From Octopus vulgaris (taxonomy: Eukaryota), in the NCBI GenBank assembly GCA_951406725.2, contig OX597817.1, positions 82,894,001 through 82,958,000 on the forward strand: a stretch of DNA of 64,000 nucleotides. Direction: 5' to 3'. Made by a program: the position numbers and the translations under genes. The notes under the pieces were generated by a model. It had not been told where the DNA came from. It made no database searches and saw only the letters and a program-made list of their open reading frames with translations. Below are positions 12,440-25,150 of this stretch, piece after piece (the first letter of the stretch is position 1; each line of letters starts with the position of its first letter).

Positions 12440-13714
12440 TCTCGGATATTGTTTTATGTTTGCAAAAGAATCAATGAAATTGAATGTGTAAATTTTTTTT
12501 AATACTGTCTTCCAGATAGTATTTCATAGAGCACCCACTAATCATTGTTGAGTTGAACTGCACATTCATCTGTGCCTACTCCTATATAAAGCTGAGATTA
12601 TGTTCTTGTTCCACCATATTATTTATTTTCTTCAATCACTATAATCCGAGTAGCAGAAATTTGTAGAAGATTGATTTCTCTTCAAAGCTCCCGAGAGATT
12701 CAAATCAGTATCTTGTGATAGTTTTTAGTCTATCGCATTAAGGAATTAAAAAAAATAAAACAAGGATATACATGATAATGCTTGCTTAAACACATTGACT
12801 CAGCTAATCTTATAAAAATCGCGATCGTTACGACTGGAATATCTTGGCCACAGACCTCCTCGATAAATAAAATCAACAGCAAACATTTTGAGTATAATAG
12901 TGGAAACTTTTATGTTTCATGTGGTTCGTAAATATCATCCAGACTTCCAAAATGTTCATGTAGCTTATCCGTTCCATTGCAATATTTATAGGTGAGTCTG
13001 TAACAATGTAATTGTGAAATGATGTGATGATTGCATTTTTCAACGCAATTGAAACATTTCCAGTATCGAGAGAATTCAATTTTCAATGTTTCTTCAGAAT
13101 TTCTCGCATGAATACTGACTGAAATATTATTTCGTACTAGTGTTAAAATGGTTAAAGATACATAATATGTTGAAATGAATAATGTAACTTTATCTGTGTC
13201 TTCCATTGACCAAAATCTATGCAAAAACGTTCAGGTATATCTCTTGCTTATTTCCTAATTATTGAGAGTAAAATTGTCCGTTGAATAAAAATGTATTTCC
13301 CTATTTCCTTGCAATATTTGTCATTTATTTTACTTCCTTGTGCTTTCTATTTTAAACATTTGTAGTCTATTGTGTCTAGAAAAATAAGGAATAACTCTTC
13401 AACAACACAGCATTAGCAGTTATTTGCGTTTTCGAACCCTGCGTATCTCGTTAACACCACTAAATAAATAAGACAAGGTAGATACTACATACATTAATGC
13501 GACAAATGAAAATAAAATGCGCTTTCCCTCTGACACAGTTAACTGTGATCATGTCCATTTTTCAAATGGTGACAGTGAACCTTCAACTTCGAAGAGATAA
13601 ATTTATGAAGTATGGCTTGAATATTCTTTAGTATATGAAAGAACCAAAACAATCACACACACACACATACACACACACACACACAAATACGCGCGCGCAC
13701 ACACACACATAGAC

Positions 13715-14200
13715 AGCTCTTGATACAGTCAACCGCGCGTCCCTCTGGATGATTCTCAAGCTTGTAGGTGCACCTCCCAAAATTTCCGTCCTGTTCGAAC
13801 GGCACTATAGCAGCGTTGGGAGCTGCGTGCACGTGAATGGGAAGGACTCTAACACACACACACAAATGAATATATGACCTGGGACTTTAAATTGCACCCA
13901 GTAATAGGATTGTTTCGAGAGTGTCAGTGTTTGTGATAAGTCTGGAACCACCACTTAGCCATTATTTATCCCAGGCTTCCTCTCACCCGGACTAATAGCA
14001 TATTCCAGGATCCCAGTATTCGATTAATCAGTATATTAGGGCTTGCTCTCCTATGCATGTCAAGACTAGATCCGGTAGAAACCTTCATGGTTCAACAAAT
14101 GGGGCGACGGCTGCAGCAACGCATTGTAGAGAACAGACAGGAAGAAACAAGCCATTTTGCTCATCAACCCCATCCATCTTAATCTGGTGTTGCAACTGAA
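13715..14200 (+). pseudogene. Decayed RTE-type LINE reverse transcriptase fragments
   Basis: 13722 onward translates as DTVNRASLWMILKLVGAPPKISVLFERHYSSVGSCVHVNG, like the AFD(S/T)VxRxxLW region of RTE RT. The downstream part is highly degenerate. Confidence 0.65.
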
Positions 14201-14562
14201 CTGAAGATGGCCACATACGAGAGAGTGAAGCTCACCGTAAGCAGCTCTCCTTCATTTGAGTCAAAGTTACAATATGAGTCTCCAATCATCCTTAAGGATG
14301 ACTTAGTAGTCCTCGTTACTCCAACGGTCGAATATAATATATACATTTTCACCCTATATTATACTTTTCCTAACGCAGTTGTTGTAGCTATTACTCATTA
14401 GATAGTATCAGATACCGTAGTAGTCACTGTTGTTGTTATTGTTACTGTCAGAGTTATGACAGTGGAATATTACCTAGAATGTCTGCTTGTTCTTTTTTAT
14501 AAACACATTTTAACATCATTTTATACCACTGCGAAGAAACAGATTCTCAGGTCTCCACTAAG

Positions 14563-14791
14563 GCGGCGAGCTGGCAGAATCGTTAGCACGTCGGGCGAAA
14601 TGCTTAGCGGTATTTCGTCTGCCGTTACGTTCTGAGTTCAAATTCCGCCGAGGTCGACTTTGCCTTTCATCCTTTCGGGGTCGATCAATTAAGTACCAGT
14701 TACGCACTGGGGTCGATATAATTGACTTAATCCGTTTGTCTGTCCTTGTTTGTCCTCTCTGTGTTTGGCCCCCTGTGGGTAGTAAAGAAAT
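14563..14791 (+). mobile_element. SINE family B, full length with TSD
   Basis: Head ggcgagctggcagaatcgttagc, B box gagttcaaattcc, central gtcgactttgcctttcatcctttcggggtcgat. Perfect 14-bp flanking repeat aggtctccactaag at 14549-14562 and 14792-14805. Confidence 0.95.
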
Positions 14792-14984
14792 AGGTCTCCA
14801 CTAAGATGTCTAGAAATTACAATTTTCCATGCCGCATAAGTTTATTTTCATTTCCATTATTTTATTCTTCAACGTTGGCTTAATCCATCTATGGCCGAAT
14901 ATATCAGTTAATAATTTCTACAACATTTCATATATTGCTAAAATACTCAAACTTCAATACACTCGCGATGTATTACTCCGTTGC

Positions 14985-15314
<330 letters not shown>

Positions 15315-15397
15315 GCAGCCATACAAATAAGTTTGTCATTGTGTTTATGCCTGTCACCGCACTGCTTCACAACTACTCAGTATATGCATATATATAT

Positions 15398-15792
15398 CAG
15401 AGACCTGCCGCCTAGGTAGGCAAGGTACGCTGTACCTACCTAGAATAAAATAGATCGATAGCAAAATTTTCCTTTTATGGTAAAATATGCACTTAATTCA
15501 ATAAAATTTTGAAGGTTACTCTCATTACTATGCATAAAATGCAAAATATCATATTTCTTTTTTGTAGATTAGGTAGGCATGATTCGCCCCTGCCTTTCAA
15601 TTTCAGTATTTAAGCTACGCATGCTGTTACTGTAGTACATGAGCAGCGTATTTCTACAACAGCGTTTTCTTTACGTGCTTTATGAGGCAGAAATAAATCT
15701 GCCTTCAACTCAGTCATGCAGCTGCGTTTCGCTTATTTTTCATGTGTTTTACCACATAAATGCCACTAACTGCCTACCCTGACGGCACGTGC

Positions 15793-15795
<3 letters not shown>
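15398..15795. mobile_element. hAT-like MITE inserted in (TA)n
   Basis: Imperfect ~25-bp TIRs, CAGAGACCTGCCGCCTAGGTAGGCA versus reverse-complemented CAGGCACGTGCCGTCAGGGTAGGCA. ATATATAT on both sides is compatible with an 8-bp TSD. Confidence 0.65.
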
Positions 15796-15839
<44 letters not shown>

Positions 15840-17466
15840 AGCACGCTTTCATACAGTTTCCGTCATCCAAATAGAAAATACTTGCTAAGGTACCATCTAG
15901 TGACATTGAAATCCGAACCACATAGTTGCTTCATAAAGCGTCTGCACTTTATTGAATATATTTTAAAGTTTATATCTATATTTTCGTGATCAAATTGTTT
16001 ATACAGTTAGAGTAGATGTAAGTATATGTTGATAATTTTGTTTAAACCTGTGAAATGACATCTCAGCGCCGTCATCAAAGACGTCTGACACTTATTTCTC
16101 TATGTTGCGGCATTATATCTATAAACAGCAGTTGATTATTATTTTTTCCTTTCTTGAAAAAAATAGCAAAGAATCTATTGATTCTCACATAAAATGATGC
16201 ATTTTCACTTGGCAAACTTTATACTTGTTCTTTGATCCAAGTGTCTCATCTATGCATCTAAAGAAACCTATGGATTTTAATCTTCTATTTTTGAAAACTG
16301 TGTCAGCAAAGTGTTTTGTAAAGATGTTATCCATATTAACGACACCAGAAATTCCTTAGTAATCTCTTTCAACTTTTTGGTACATGTCACCTTATATTTG
16401 GATGGAAGCCATTCATATTATTGTATTGTATCAATATATTTCATGTATTTCCGATAAATTTATTCTTTCTGTTTTTTAAGACACTTGTTCGCCTGTTCGC
16501 TTCCATTATGGTTTTGGCAACTGATAAAACGCCTTTAAGTTGTAAAAATTATAAAAAGATTGCTGACATCCGGCCTGATTTGGTATAATACACATGTTCT
16601 GAAGAACTTAGAAGGTTTATAGCACTTAGAAAATAAAGCAGTTTAACAAACAGAAAATTAAGGCACAAACAAAAAAATAAAATGAATATTAAGGTAGTAA
16701 AACTAACAATTGACCTAGGTGATTCTCTTTGTGATATTTGGACGGGCTTTTGCTGTTTAGTATATGATATTAAGGTTCACAAGCTATTTGTATTGCTTAC
16801 CTAAAATATGTTTTTTGATATTTTCAGATAAAGCCTGACAACTAGTGATTTGGCATTAAAGTAAAATATTTTAAAAATCAAGTTTAATTCCCTTCTCTTA
16901 ACCTGCTAGTTTTCTTCGTTAATGTAATGTTTCTTGTAATCTACAATAGGCCTTTGAAGATATTAAAAGCATCGTTCTTTAAGAATAAAAGAGTCCTAAA
17001 ACTTCGAAGAACCGGGAAGATGTTTCTTGGAAACGCATTTTATAGAGATAGTAGTAATTAGCGTTGCACGAATATTACAGTGAAGCTTTAATACTTCATA
17101 TTCATCCAGTTTTCTGGTTGCTTCAACCAGGGACAGAAAGGCTAGGTATGAAACCCCATTGAAAATGAGTTGAGTCTTAATATCGAATCTTAGATTCATC
17201 GTATTTCTTCCAATTTTTGCAGAAAGCTACGTCATTTCATTTAAATTTTACACATGCCTTACTTAGGTAACATGTAGTGCCATAGCCCACAAAAATTTAT
17301 AACATTTTGCCTAATGCGAGCCCGGATCAAACTGTTATCTCTCACACGATTTCAGTATTACCCGTTGAAAGTGAAACAATAACATCTCTATTGAAATGTG
17401 AGATACTTTCAGTTTTAATTGATTCACTATTAATACTGAAATTATTGAAAGTGAAACTATTATCTT

Positions 17467-17555
17467 ACATACATATATACATGCATACATATATATACAT
17501 AATGCATATACTTATATATATGTGTTATGTATATATATATGTATATATATACATG

Positions 17556-17611
<56 letters not shown>

Positions 17612-17653
17612 GATGTATATGTATAGATGTATATATATAGATGCATATATATA

Positions 17654-17723
<70 letters not shown>

Positions 17724-17840
17724 TACACATATATGTATGTATATATATGAATATATATAGATGTGTATGTATAGATGTATATGTGTAGATGTATATATAT
17801 ATATATATATATATAGATTTATATGTATATATATATATAT
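17467..17840. repeat. Compound TA/TATG/TAGATG microsatellite
   Basis: Long low-complexity tract. Confidence 0.9.
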
Positions 17841-18150
17841 TAACGTATATATGAGTTAGAGGTTAGAAAACCATCTAAGGGATAATAAATATCTAATATA
17901 CTACTGGATGTATACCTATATATATATATCCAAATACTTACTGTTGGAAGGAAATAGTTCAATTGAAAAATAGGTATGTATGGAGGTAAACTAAATTTTA
18001 ACCAGAATTGATAAGGCAAGGAAGGAAATGGAGATGACAATTGACAAACATCAGCTTACAAATATCAGCTAGATCAATTTATGAAATAATTACAATCATA
18101 TGAATAAATAAATAAATAATAAATAATGATAAATGAGTGAATATAACTCA

Positions 18151-18294
18151 ACTGTCACAGCTGTTTCTAACTTGGGGGTCCACCATGCAAAAGTTGCCAC
18201 ATTATAGCAAGATTATAAAAAGAATGTTCAAAAACTGAACAAAAATTGGACAGAAATTCGACAAAAATTGAACCCGCAAACTTCATCAGAGAGT
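18151..18294 (-). ncRNA. Decayed type I hammerhead motif
   Basis: Minus strand reads actct CTGATGA agtttgcggg...cccccaagtt-a GAAA cagctg TG acagt. Helix III is palindromic, but the triplet is GUG, helix I has a mismatch and there is an extra A before GAAA. Confidence 0.5.
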
Positions 18295-18504
18295 CCATAA
18301 TGGCAAGAATTAAACAAGAAACAGTAAAACAGAATAAAATAAATAGTAAATCATAGTAAAATGTAAATTCCAAGATAATATCTAGACGTTGTGAGATCAC
18401 ATCTTATTTCAATTTAATGTTTGTCAATTAATTATCTTCTCCATTTTCTTCCTTGCTTTATATGTGTATACATACATACATACATACATACATACATACA
18501 TACA

Positions 18505-18538
<34 letters not shown>

Positions 18539-18548
18539 CATATATAAT

Positions 18549-20587
18549 GTTCGTCCTTCGGGTTCGAAGATGCCCATTGACATCATTTGGTGGAATTGCT
18601 GCTATGAGACCGGAGGTGGCTGGTAAGGCCAATCCGGGCAAAAAAGCCCCTCCCACAAGTGGGGCAGAAGTGGGTAGGGGCTGTGCTATTGGTGCAGGTG
18701 GCTCTGGCTTTCCGCATCTGGTGTTTCTGTTCTGCTGACTGAATCCGTCTTTGCTCCTGTAGTGATTGCGCTGCGCCAGGATGAGCGGTCGGCAGCAAGT
18801 GACTCCCAAGTCTCTGTGCCGATGGAGAAGTCTTTGAGAGAGACTTTGAGACTGTCCTTGAAGCGCTTCTTCTGCCCTCCGACTTTGCGTTTGCCCTGGC
18901 TGAGTTCACCGTAGAAGAGCTGTTTTGGGATGCAAGTGTCGGACATGCGGGAGACGTTGCCGGCCCATCTCAACTGGGCCTTGCGCATGATCGTGATGGT
19001 GCTAGGGAGATCTGCCTGCTTCGGAACTTCCGTGTCTGGGACTTTGTCTTGCCAGCGGATGTGAAAGAGGTTCCGAAGACACCTGAGGTGGAAGTGGTTT
19101 ATCTGGCGCTCGTGCCTTCGGTAAGCAGTCCACGTCTCGCAGCCGTATAGTAGGGTGGTAAGCACGACTGCCCGGTAGACTTTCAGCTTGGTGTTGAGGC
19201 TTATTCCTCTCCGCTCCCAGACTTTCTTTCACAGTCTACCAAACGCGCTGCTTGCCTTGGAGATTCTGTTGATGATTTCAGCATCTATGTTGGCGTTGCA
19301 AGAGAGAGTGCTGCCCAGGTAGGTGAAGTTTTCCACCGCTCGTAGGATCCGTCCGTTCACCTTTATCTGAGACTCATGGTATTGTTTGCCGGGGGCTGGC
19401 TGATACATCACTTCGATTTTCTTGGCACTGATGGTGAGACCGAAGTTGTCACAGGCTGATGAGAACCTGTCCATCCCGAGCTGCATCTCCTGCTCATCGA
19501 TTGCGTTAAGGGCGCAGTCGTCAGCAAAGAGAAAGTCTCTGACGACTGTTTCCCTCACCTTTGTGACGGCCTGCAATCTTCTGGAGTTGAAAAATCTCCC
19601 GTCCGTCCTGTACTTGACATCGATACCGGACTTGCAGTCCCTGAAGGCGTCGGACAGCATTGCCGAGAACATGATGCTGAACAGTGTTGGGGCCAGGACA
19701 CAGCCCTGCCTGACTCCGTTGGTCACCTGGAAGGCTTCAGATGAGTTGCCGTCTTCAAGGACTCTGGCTGTCATTCCGTCGTGGAACTGGCGGACAATTG
19801 CAATAAATTTGCTGGGGCAACCAAATTTTCCCATGACCTTCCAGAGTCCCTCCCGACTGACTGTATCGAAAGCCTTGGTGAGGTCAACAAAGGTCATGCA
19901 GAGGTCAAGATGCTGCTCCATGCATTTCTCCTGGAGCTGGCGGGCGGCGAATATCATGTCAGTGGTCCCTCGACCCGCGCGGAAGCCACACTGGCTCTCA
20001 GAGAGAAGGCCTTGCTCCAAGTGTTCCAGAAGGCGGTCAAGCAGGACTCGGGCCAGGATCTTGCCTGCTATGGACAAGAGGGAGATTCCTCGGTGGTTGC
20101 CGCAGGACTGCCGATCTCCTTTCCGCTTATAAATGTGGACGATTGTTGCATCCAGGAAATCTTGAGGTAGTTGTTCCTTGTCCCACATCGACTGGAACAG
20201 GCTGGTGAGCTGACTGATCATGGTGGGGCCGCCCGACTTGGACACCTCTGGCGTCAGAGCCTGGAGGGATGGCGTCAGAGCCTGGAGCTTTGCTGGTGGA
20301 CATTTTTTGATGGCTCTGCTCACTTCCTCGACTGCAGGGGGAACAACCGGCTCGTGGTTTGTCGGCACCTGGGGGAGTCGTGCGATGGCTTCCTCGTTGA
20401 TCTGGGCTGGTCGGTTGAGCACGATGTTGAAATGCTCCGCCCATCTCTCCAGGATCAGCCTCTTGTTAGTCAGGAGTGAGGTTCCATCCGAGCTGAGCAG
20501 GGGTGTTGATCCAATGGAGGACTGCGGTCCATAGACAGCTTTCAGCGCCTCGTAGAATTTCTTGGTGTCGTGTTTGTCTGCGTATCT
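18549..20587 (-). mobile_element. RTE-clade (BovB-like) LINE, 5'-truncated, 3' end intact
   Basis: RT motifs RGISLLSIAGK, ESQCGFRAGRGT, FVDLTKAFD, GVRQGCVLAP and LFADD, then LLYGCETW, QLRWAG and a C-terminal CPTC..H..H finger. Short 3' UTR ending TCTTCGAACCCGAAGGACGAAC, followed by a (TATG)n tail. Confidence 0.95.
18583..20587 (-). pseudogene. RTE reverse transcriptase ORF with frameshifts and a stop
   Basis: The ORF is split into 19229-20422, 18686-19165 and 18583-18909. An 18-bp sequence is tandemly duplicated at 20249-20266 and 20270-20287, and frameshifts occur near KAPG. Confidence 0.93.
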
Positions 20588-20825
20588 CTCTGTATATGTG
20601 TGTATATATATGTATCAGGGATACATATATATACACACACATATATATATATACATATATGTTTACTTATATCTATATATATGTTCATGTATATATATAT
20701 GTATATATGTATGTATATATGTGTATATATATATATATGTTTAGATATATATATATAGAGAGAGATAGGTCTATATGTATATATACCTATATGTATATAT
20801 ATATGCATATATATATATGTATATA

Positions 20826-21144
20826 ATAATAATAAATAATAAAAAACATTGTGTACAGTGCTCAGGTGCACTACAACTCATCTAAAGTGTATGTATAATC
20901 AGGTGTAGTTTCGGCGGATTTCGGAAAGCATGAGGGCCTTAAAAGATGCAGTGTTATGGCAGTCAACAACTGACGCAGGCAGTTTGTTCCATGCTTCAAC
21001 AACTCTGAGCGTGAAAAAATGTTTCCGAAAGTCATGGGAGCTGTGTTGTTTTCTGACTTTGTAGGCATGTCCACGTGTGTTAGACACAAGAAGATCAAAA
21101 AGGCGTTCAGTGTTGTTGTTGGTGAGGTGGTTGATAACTTTGAT
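20826..21144 (-). mobile_element. CR1-clade LINE 3' terminal fragment
   Basis: Translates as TRGHAYKVRKQHSSHDFRKHFFTLRVVEAWNKLP, the typical CR1 ORF2 C-terminus, followed by a 3' UTR and a (TTA)n tail. Confidence 0.88.
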
Positions 21145-21851
21145 AATTTTCTGCCACCAGCGGTCAAGTGAGATAATAGAAATAGTCACAGACTATATAA
21201 TACATTCAACAAAATATTAAGGAATGACCCTGAGAAGGTCTTTCGACTCACTTGAAAAGAGCAGCCAAACTCAAAACCGCAAAAATAGTAGTATTTTTGG
21301 TGGCAGAAAATAGTAGTATTCTGGTGGCAGAAAATTTTTCTTGAATTTTTTGTTACCCTTATATTGATTGATTAATGAATTTTTGACTAATTCTGAAATT
21401 TGTATCAGCAGTTTATATTTGCTGCGGAGTAGATGGCGCGATTACGGTGAATTCGAAAATTAGGATATATAGACCCGAGGCTTAGATGGTGTAGCCTCGT
21501 GTATATATATCTGCCTCCTATTTTGGTGACTTTGCTGACGAGACAAGCCAAGCGTAAACGGATTTAATTTAATTTAATTAAATTTGATTGCGTGAAGATG
21601 TTGAAACCTTGCAGGGTACAAAGTTTGAAGGGGATAAATGTTTTTATTTTCCTCTAGTTTCAGAATTACTACTATTTTTGCGGTTTTGAGTTTGGCTGCT
21701 CTTTTCAAGTGAGTCGAAAGACCTTCTCAGGGTCATTCCTTAATATTTTGTTGAATGTATTATATAGTCTGTGACTATTTCTATTTTCTCACTTGACCGC
21801 TGGTGGCAGAAAATTTTTCTTGAATTTTTTGTTACCCTTATATTGATTGAT
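21145..21851 (+). mobile_element. Non-coding hammerhead-containing element (Penelope pLTR-derived or retrozyme-like)
   Basis: A 52-bp direct repeat (21321-21372 and 21800-21851) gives a 479-bp unit. A 149-bp inverted copy of 21667-21815 lies at 21145-21293. There is an internal hammerhead, and the element ends in TA-rich sequence. Confidence 0.7.
21529..21624 (+). ncRNA. Type I hammerhead ribozyme motif
   Basis: Reads actttg / CTGACGA (21535-41) / helix II gaca...tgtt with a long inner stem / GAAA (21603-06) / helix III cct-tgca-ggg / TA / caaagt. Helix I is a perfect 6 bp. Confidence 0.82.
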
Positions 21852-23084
21852 ATATACGTATATATATATGATACAAAATGGGTCAAGAACGCAAAACATC
21901 TGGACAGCTAGGCGATACAAAAGGGACAACAAAAGGAGTAGGCTTGGCCGAACGGTCACGTGGGAAGAGAAGAGAGAGAAGTAGAAGCAGAAGGGCAGAA
22001 GAATTAAGGAGTAGCAAGAGAAGAGAGATATATATGTACATATACATATATACATATATATATATATACATATATATGTATATATATATAAATATGTATA
22101 AATAAATATATATATATATATATATATGTTTATCTACACATACATATATACATATATATGTATACATACATATGTGTATATATATACATGTGAATATATA
22201 CATACATATATGTATATATATATGTATATATTACGGAGATATACTTGCATAGCAAGTGATTTTATCTGAGATCGTGTGCTGGAACGAAAACAATTGCTGC
22301 AGCACGGATTTTTGTCCGTGAACAGGTCGCGGTCTTATAACGACGAAAATATTTTGACAAATGAAACTTAAATGTTGAAGTGAATCGAACTGCTTTTGTG
22401 TGTTTCTTAAATGGCTTACAAACACCTTCCACGCTGCAATTGTATATGTATATATATACACATATATATATATATATGAATGTCTATGTGTATATATATA
22501 TATATACATATATACACACACACACACACATATATATACATATATATATATATATGTATATATATATGAAAGAAGGTTTGAAAATATATAATTCATATAT
22601 AATTCCACTCGTGCGCTACCTTACAACTTCAATTTGTTATGTATGCATATATATATATATATTTTGTATTTGGTTTGCAACATTCTTGATGTGAATTCGT
22701 GTGTTGAAAGAAATACTATTGAACCTTGGAAGGGGCCTAATGGGGGCAATAATAAGCACATGCACGGGTTTTTGTTATTGCTAGTTAAATGGTTAGTTAC
22801 TCCGTTAACCAATTCATCTATGTGCCGTCTCGTATTAGTTTTTCAAACTCATATGTTAAACACATCTTGGTCAAAGAGTTAATCGTCCAAAAGTTCAGTA
22901 TTGTTAGTGTTGCCATTTCCTTTTTTTGTCAAATAATCATTTCATTGAATTTTTGCGAACTCTTCAGTGCCTCGTCTCTCTACTTCCATTTCGTTGGAAC
23001 CTATGTTGCGAGATCTCTCCGAGATGGGTGAGTGTGTGTATGTCAGCATGTATGTGTGTTTGTACATAAGTGTGTGCATCCGCA

Positions 23085-23176
23085 TGTGTTTGTGTAGACG
23101 GTAACTGAGAGAAGCCCGTCGTACATACACACACACACACACACGTATATATATATATATACATATATACGTATAT

Positions 23177-23224
<48 letters not shown>

Positions 23225-23436
23225 GCATGCATACATACATACATACATATATATACGCATCACCGTTTGAAAACCGTCGTTGATGCGTTAACGCTCCCGT
23301 AACCTAGCAACTCGGCAAAATAAAACCTATAGAATATGTATCAGGCTTTAAAAATATGACGGGGTGAATTCGTTCAACTAAAATTCTTCATGGTGATGCC
23401 CCAGCACGGCCGCAGTTTAAAGACCGAAACAAGTAA
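23085..23436 (+). mobile_element. SINE family A, diverged and 5'-truncated
   Basis: gtagacggtaactgagagaagcccgtcgta, a microsatellite, then cccgtaacctagc...ggccgcagtt...gaaacaagtaa. Confidence 0.7.
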
Positions 23437-23899
23437 CAAAAAAAAATATCATACTACTAAATTTCACTAAGCTTCACAAAGAATTTTGAAAATTGAACTT
23501 ATTACTCTAAACGAATTGCATTTTCTAATGATATTTAATGATACAGCTCTTTACGTTACAACCCATAAATGAAATGTCTCTTACAAATTAGCAAATTAGC
23601 AGCTCCTCATTAACTACCCACGCAAATTAACATGACATGACAAATACATAATTTTAGCATTATTTTCAATAATTTCGTTCTTGTTTTCTGAAACCAGATG
23701 CAATCGTACAAACTCTCACTAAAAATTGCCACAAAATTAAGTGGATGGAGTATCCGAAATTAGTGGACTGAATATTATAGCGTAATTATAAAGGTCTTTC
23801 TATATTATGTAAAGAGCTAGTTGTGAGTAGAACTAATTAGATTCTTGCAGGCTTTACAACTTAGTCGTTAGCAGTGATAGGACATCATAAGCCATTGAT

Positions 23900-25150
23900 C
23901 TCAAAATATCACTAAATGCCGGTAAGTTTATTAACGAAGATTTTGTTAACCGTGCATTGTATGTATTCGTTGAATTCTATAGAGCACTATTATGAAGTGT
24001 GCGAATGAGTCAGTAATAAACCACAACTATTTAAATGCAAAATGCTAACAATAAGAAAATTAAGTTCGGAAGATACTTGGATACTTACATTTTTTTTATT
24101 CTATTCATTTCGATAGGAGTTTTAATATTACGTGATCTGCTTGATTAGCTATATTGCAATACAGTTTCAGGGAGATTTTATTCGTGATAAATTGATTCAG
24201 TTTGACTTAGAACGCACCGGAAACAGTCATTAGACACTGTGTTAAGATGTTTCATAAAAAACAGATTTACCAAAAAGTGTTTTTGTTTACAACTGATGTA
24301 GTCAAAATATGTTGAGATTAAATGGTTTCATATTGTTTTTGTCTCCTGTTGTATCGCACACCAAGATATTCTGTGCGTAAAAGTAGGCTTTAAGGATTTC
24401 TATGAAGTGGCTTTTATGATGGAGAATGTCAGTTTGATAGCTACTAGGGCTTTCTATAAAAGGGAATTTAATTTACTTATAAACGAAATTGAATCAACTT
24501 ATAGTGATTTATCTATCTACAATGGTTTAACATGGTGGCGTTTGCTGACCATAACGAACTTTTGAATGCTAAATGGAAATCTATTTTTAGATATTAGAGA
24601 CTTGCAGCATGATTGTTCTCAGCTAAATGATTTTGTTTGACTCGGTAAATTTGCTTTTCACGATTCATTGCATTATCTGAATGAACTTCGTATTAAACTG
24701 CAATGCTTTTGGAAATCTGTTGACGTGATACTTGGTTTCATGAAGGGTTTCGCGAATAAAATCAACTTATTTCAACATGGTTTAGAACGTAAAAGTTCCA
24801 ATTAATTCGAAAAGGTGAAGCAATATTTTCAAGGAACCAGCTGCAAGGTTTTTGAAGGATGCACAAAAGTTCATAGACATTCTTAAGGCCATAGCACAAT
24901 AGTTTCAAACTAGATTTCTTGAATTAAGAGAGTTAAAAAAAAAAAATTATATAATTTCTAATGAAGGAGATCGCTCAGCTGTGAGTGTGAAAGTATTTCA
25001 GTGGTTGAATTGACGAAATCTACAGATGAAGAGACGTCTTCTTCTTGTCCAATACTATTTCGAATAAACATTCGTGACACTTAGATTTGAGTTAAAAATC
25101 GAGCGTGATCATGCACACGTAATTGGAAATGCACATTCAAACGGCGAACT
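23900..25150 (+). pseudogene. Highly decayed hAT (Charlie/GTF2IRD2-like) transposase remnant
   Basis: CIAHQDILC (~24350) resembles HCIIHQEALC, and KFAFHDSLHYLNELRIKLQ (~24650) resembles LAFLxDIxxHLNxLNxKLQG. Many stops. Boundaries approximate. Confidence 0.6.

Noticed and set aside
19422-20132. 236-aa plus-strand ORF
   Set aside because: Antisense shadow of the GC-rich RTE RT ORF.
22670-23025. Possible R4-type RT remnant or minus-strand hammerhead
   Set aside because: Only faint peptide similarity (NFWTINSLT, NWLTE) and weak helices, too degenerate to call.
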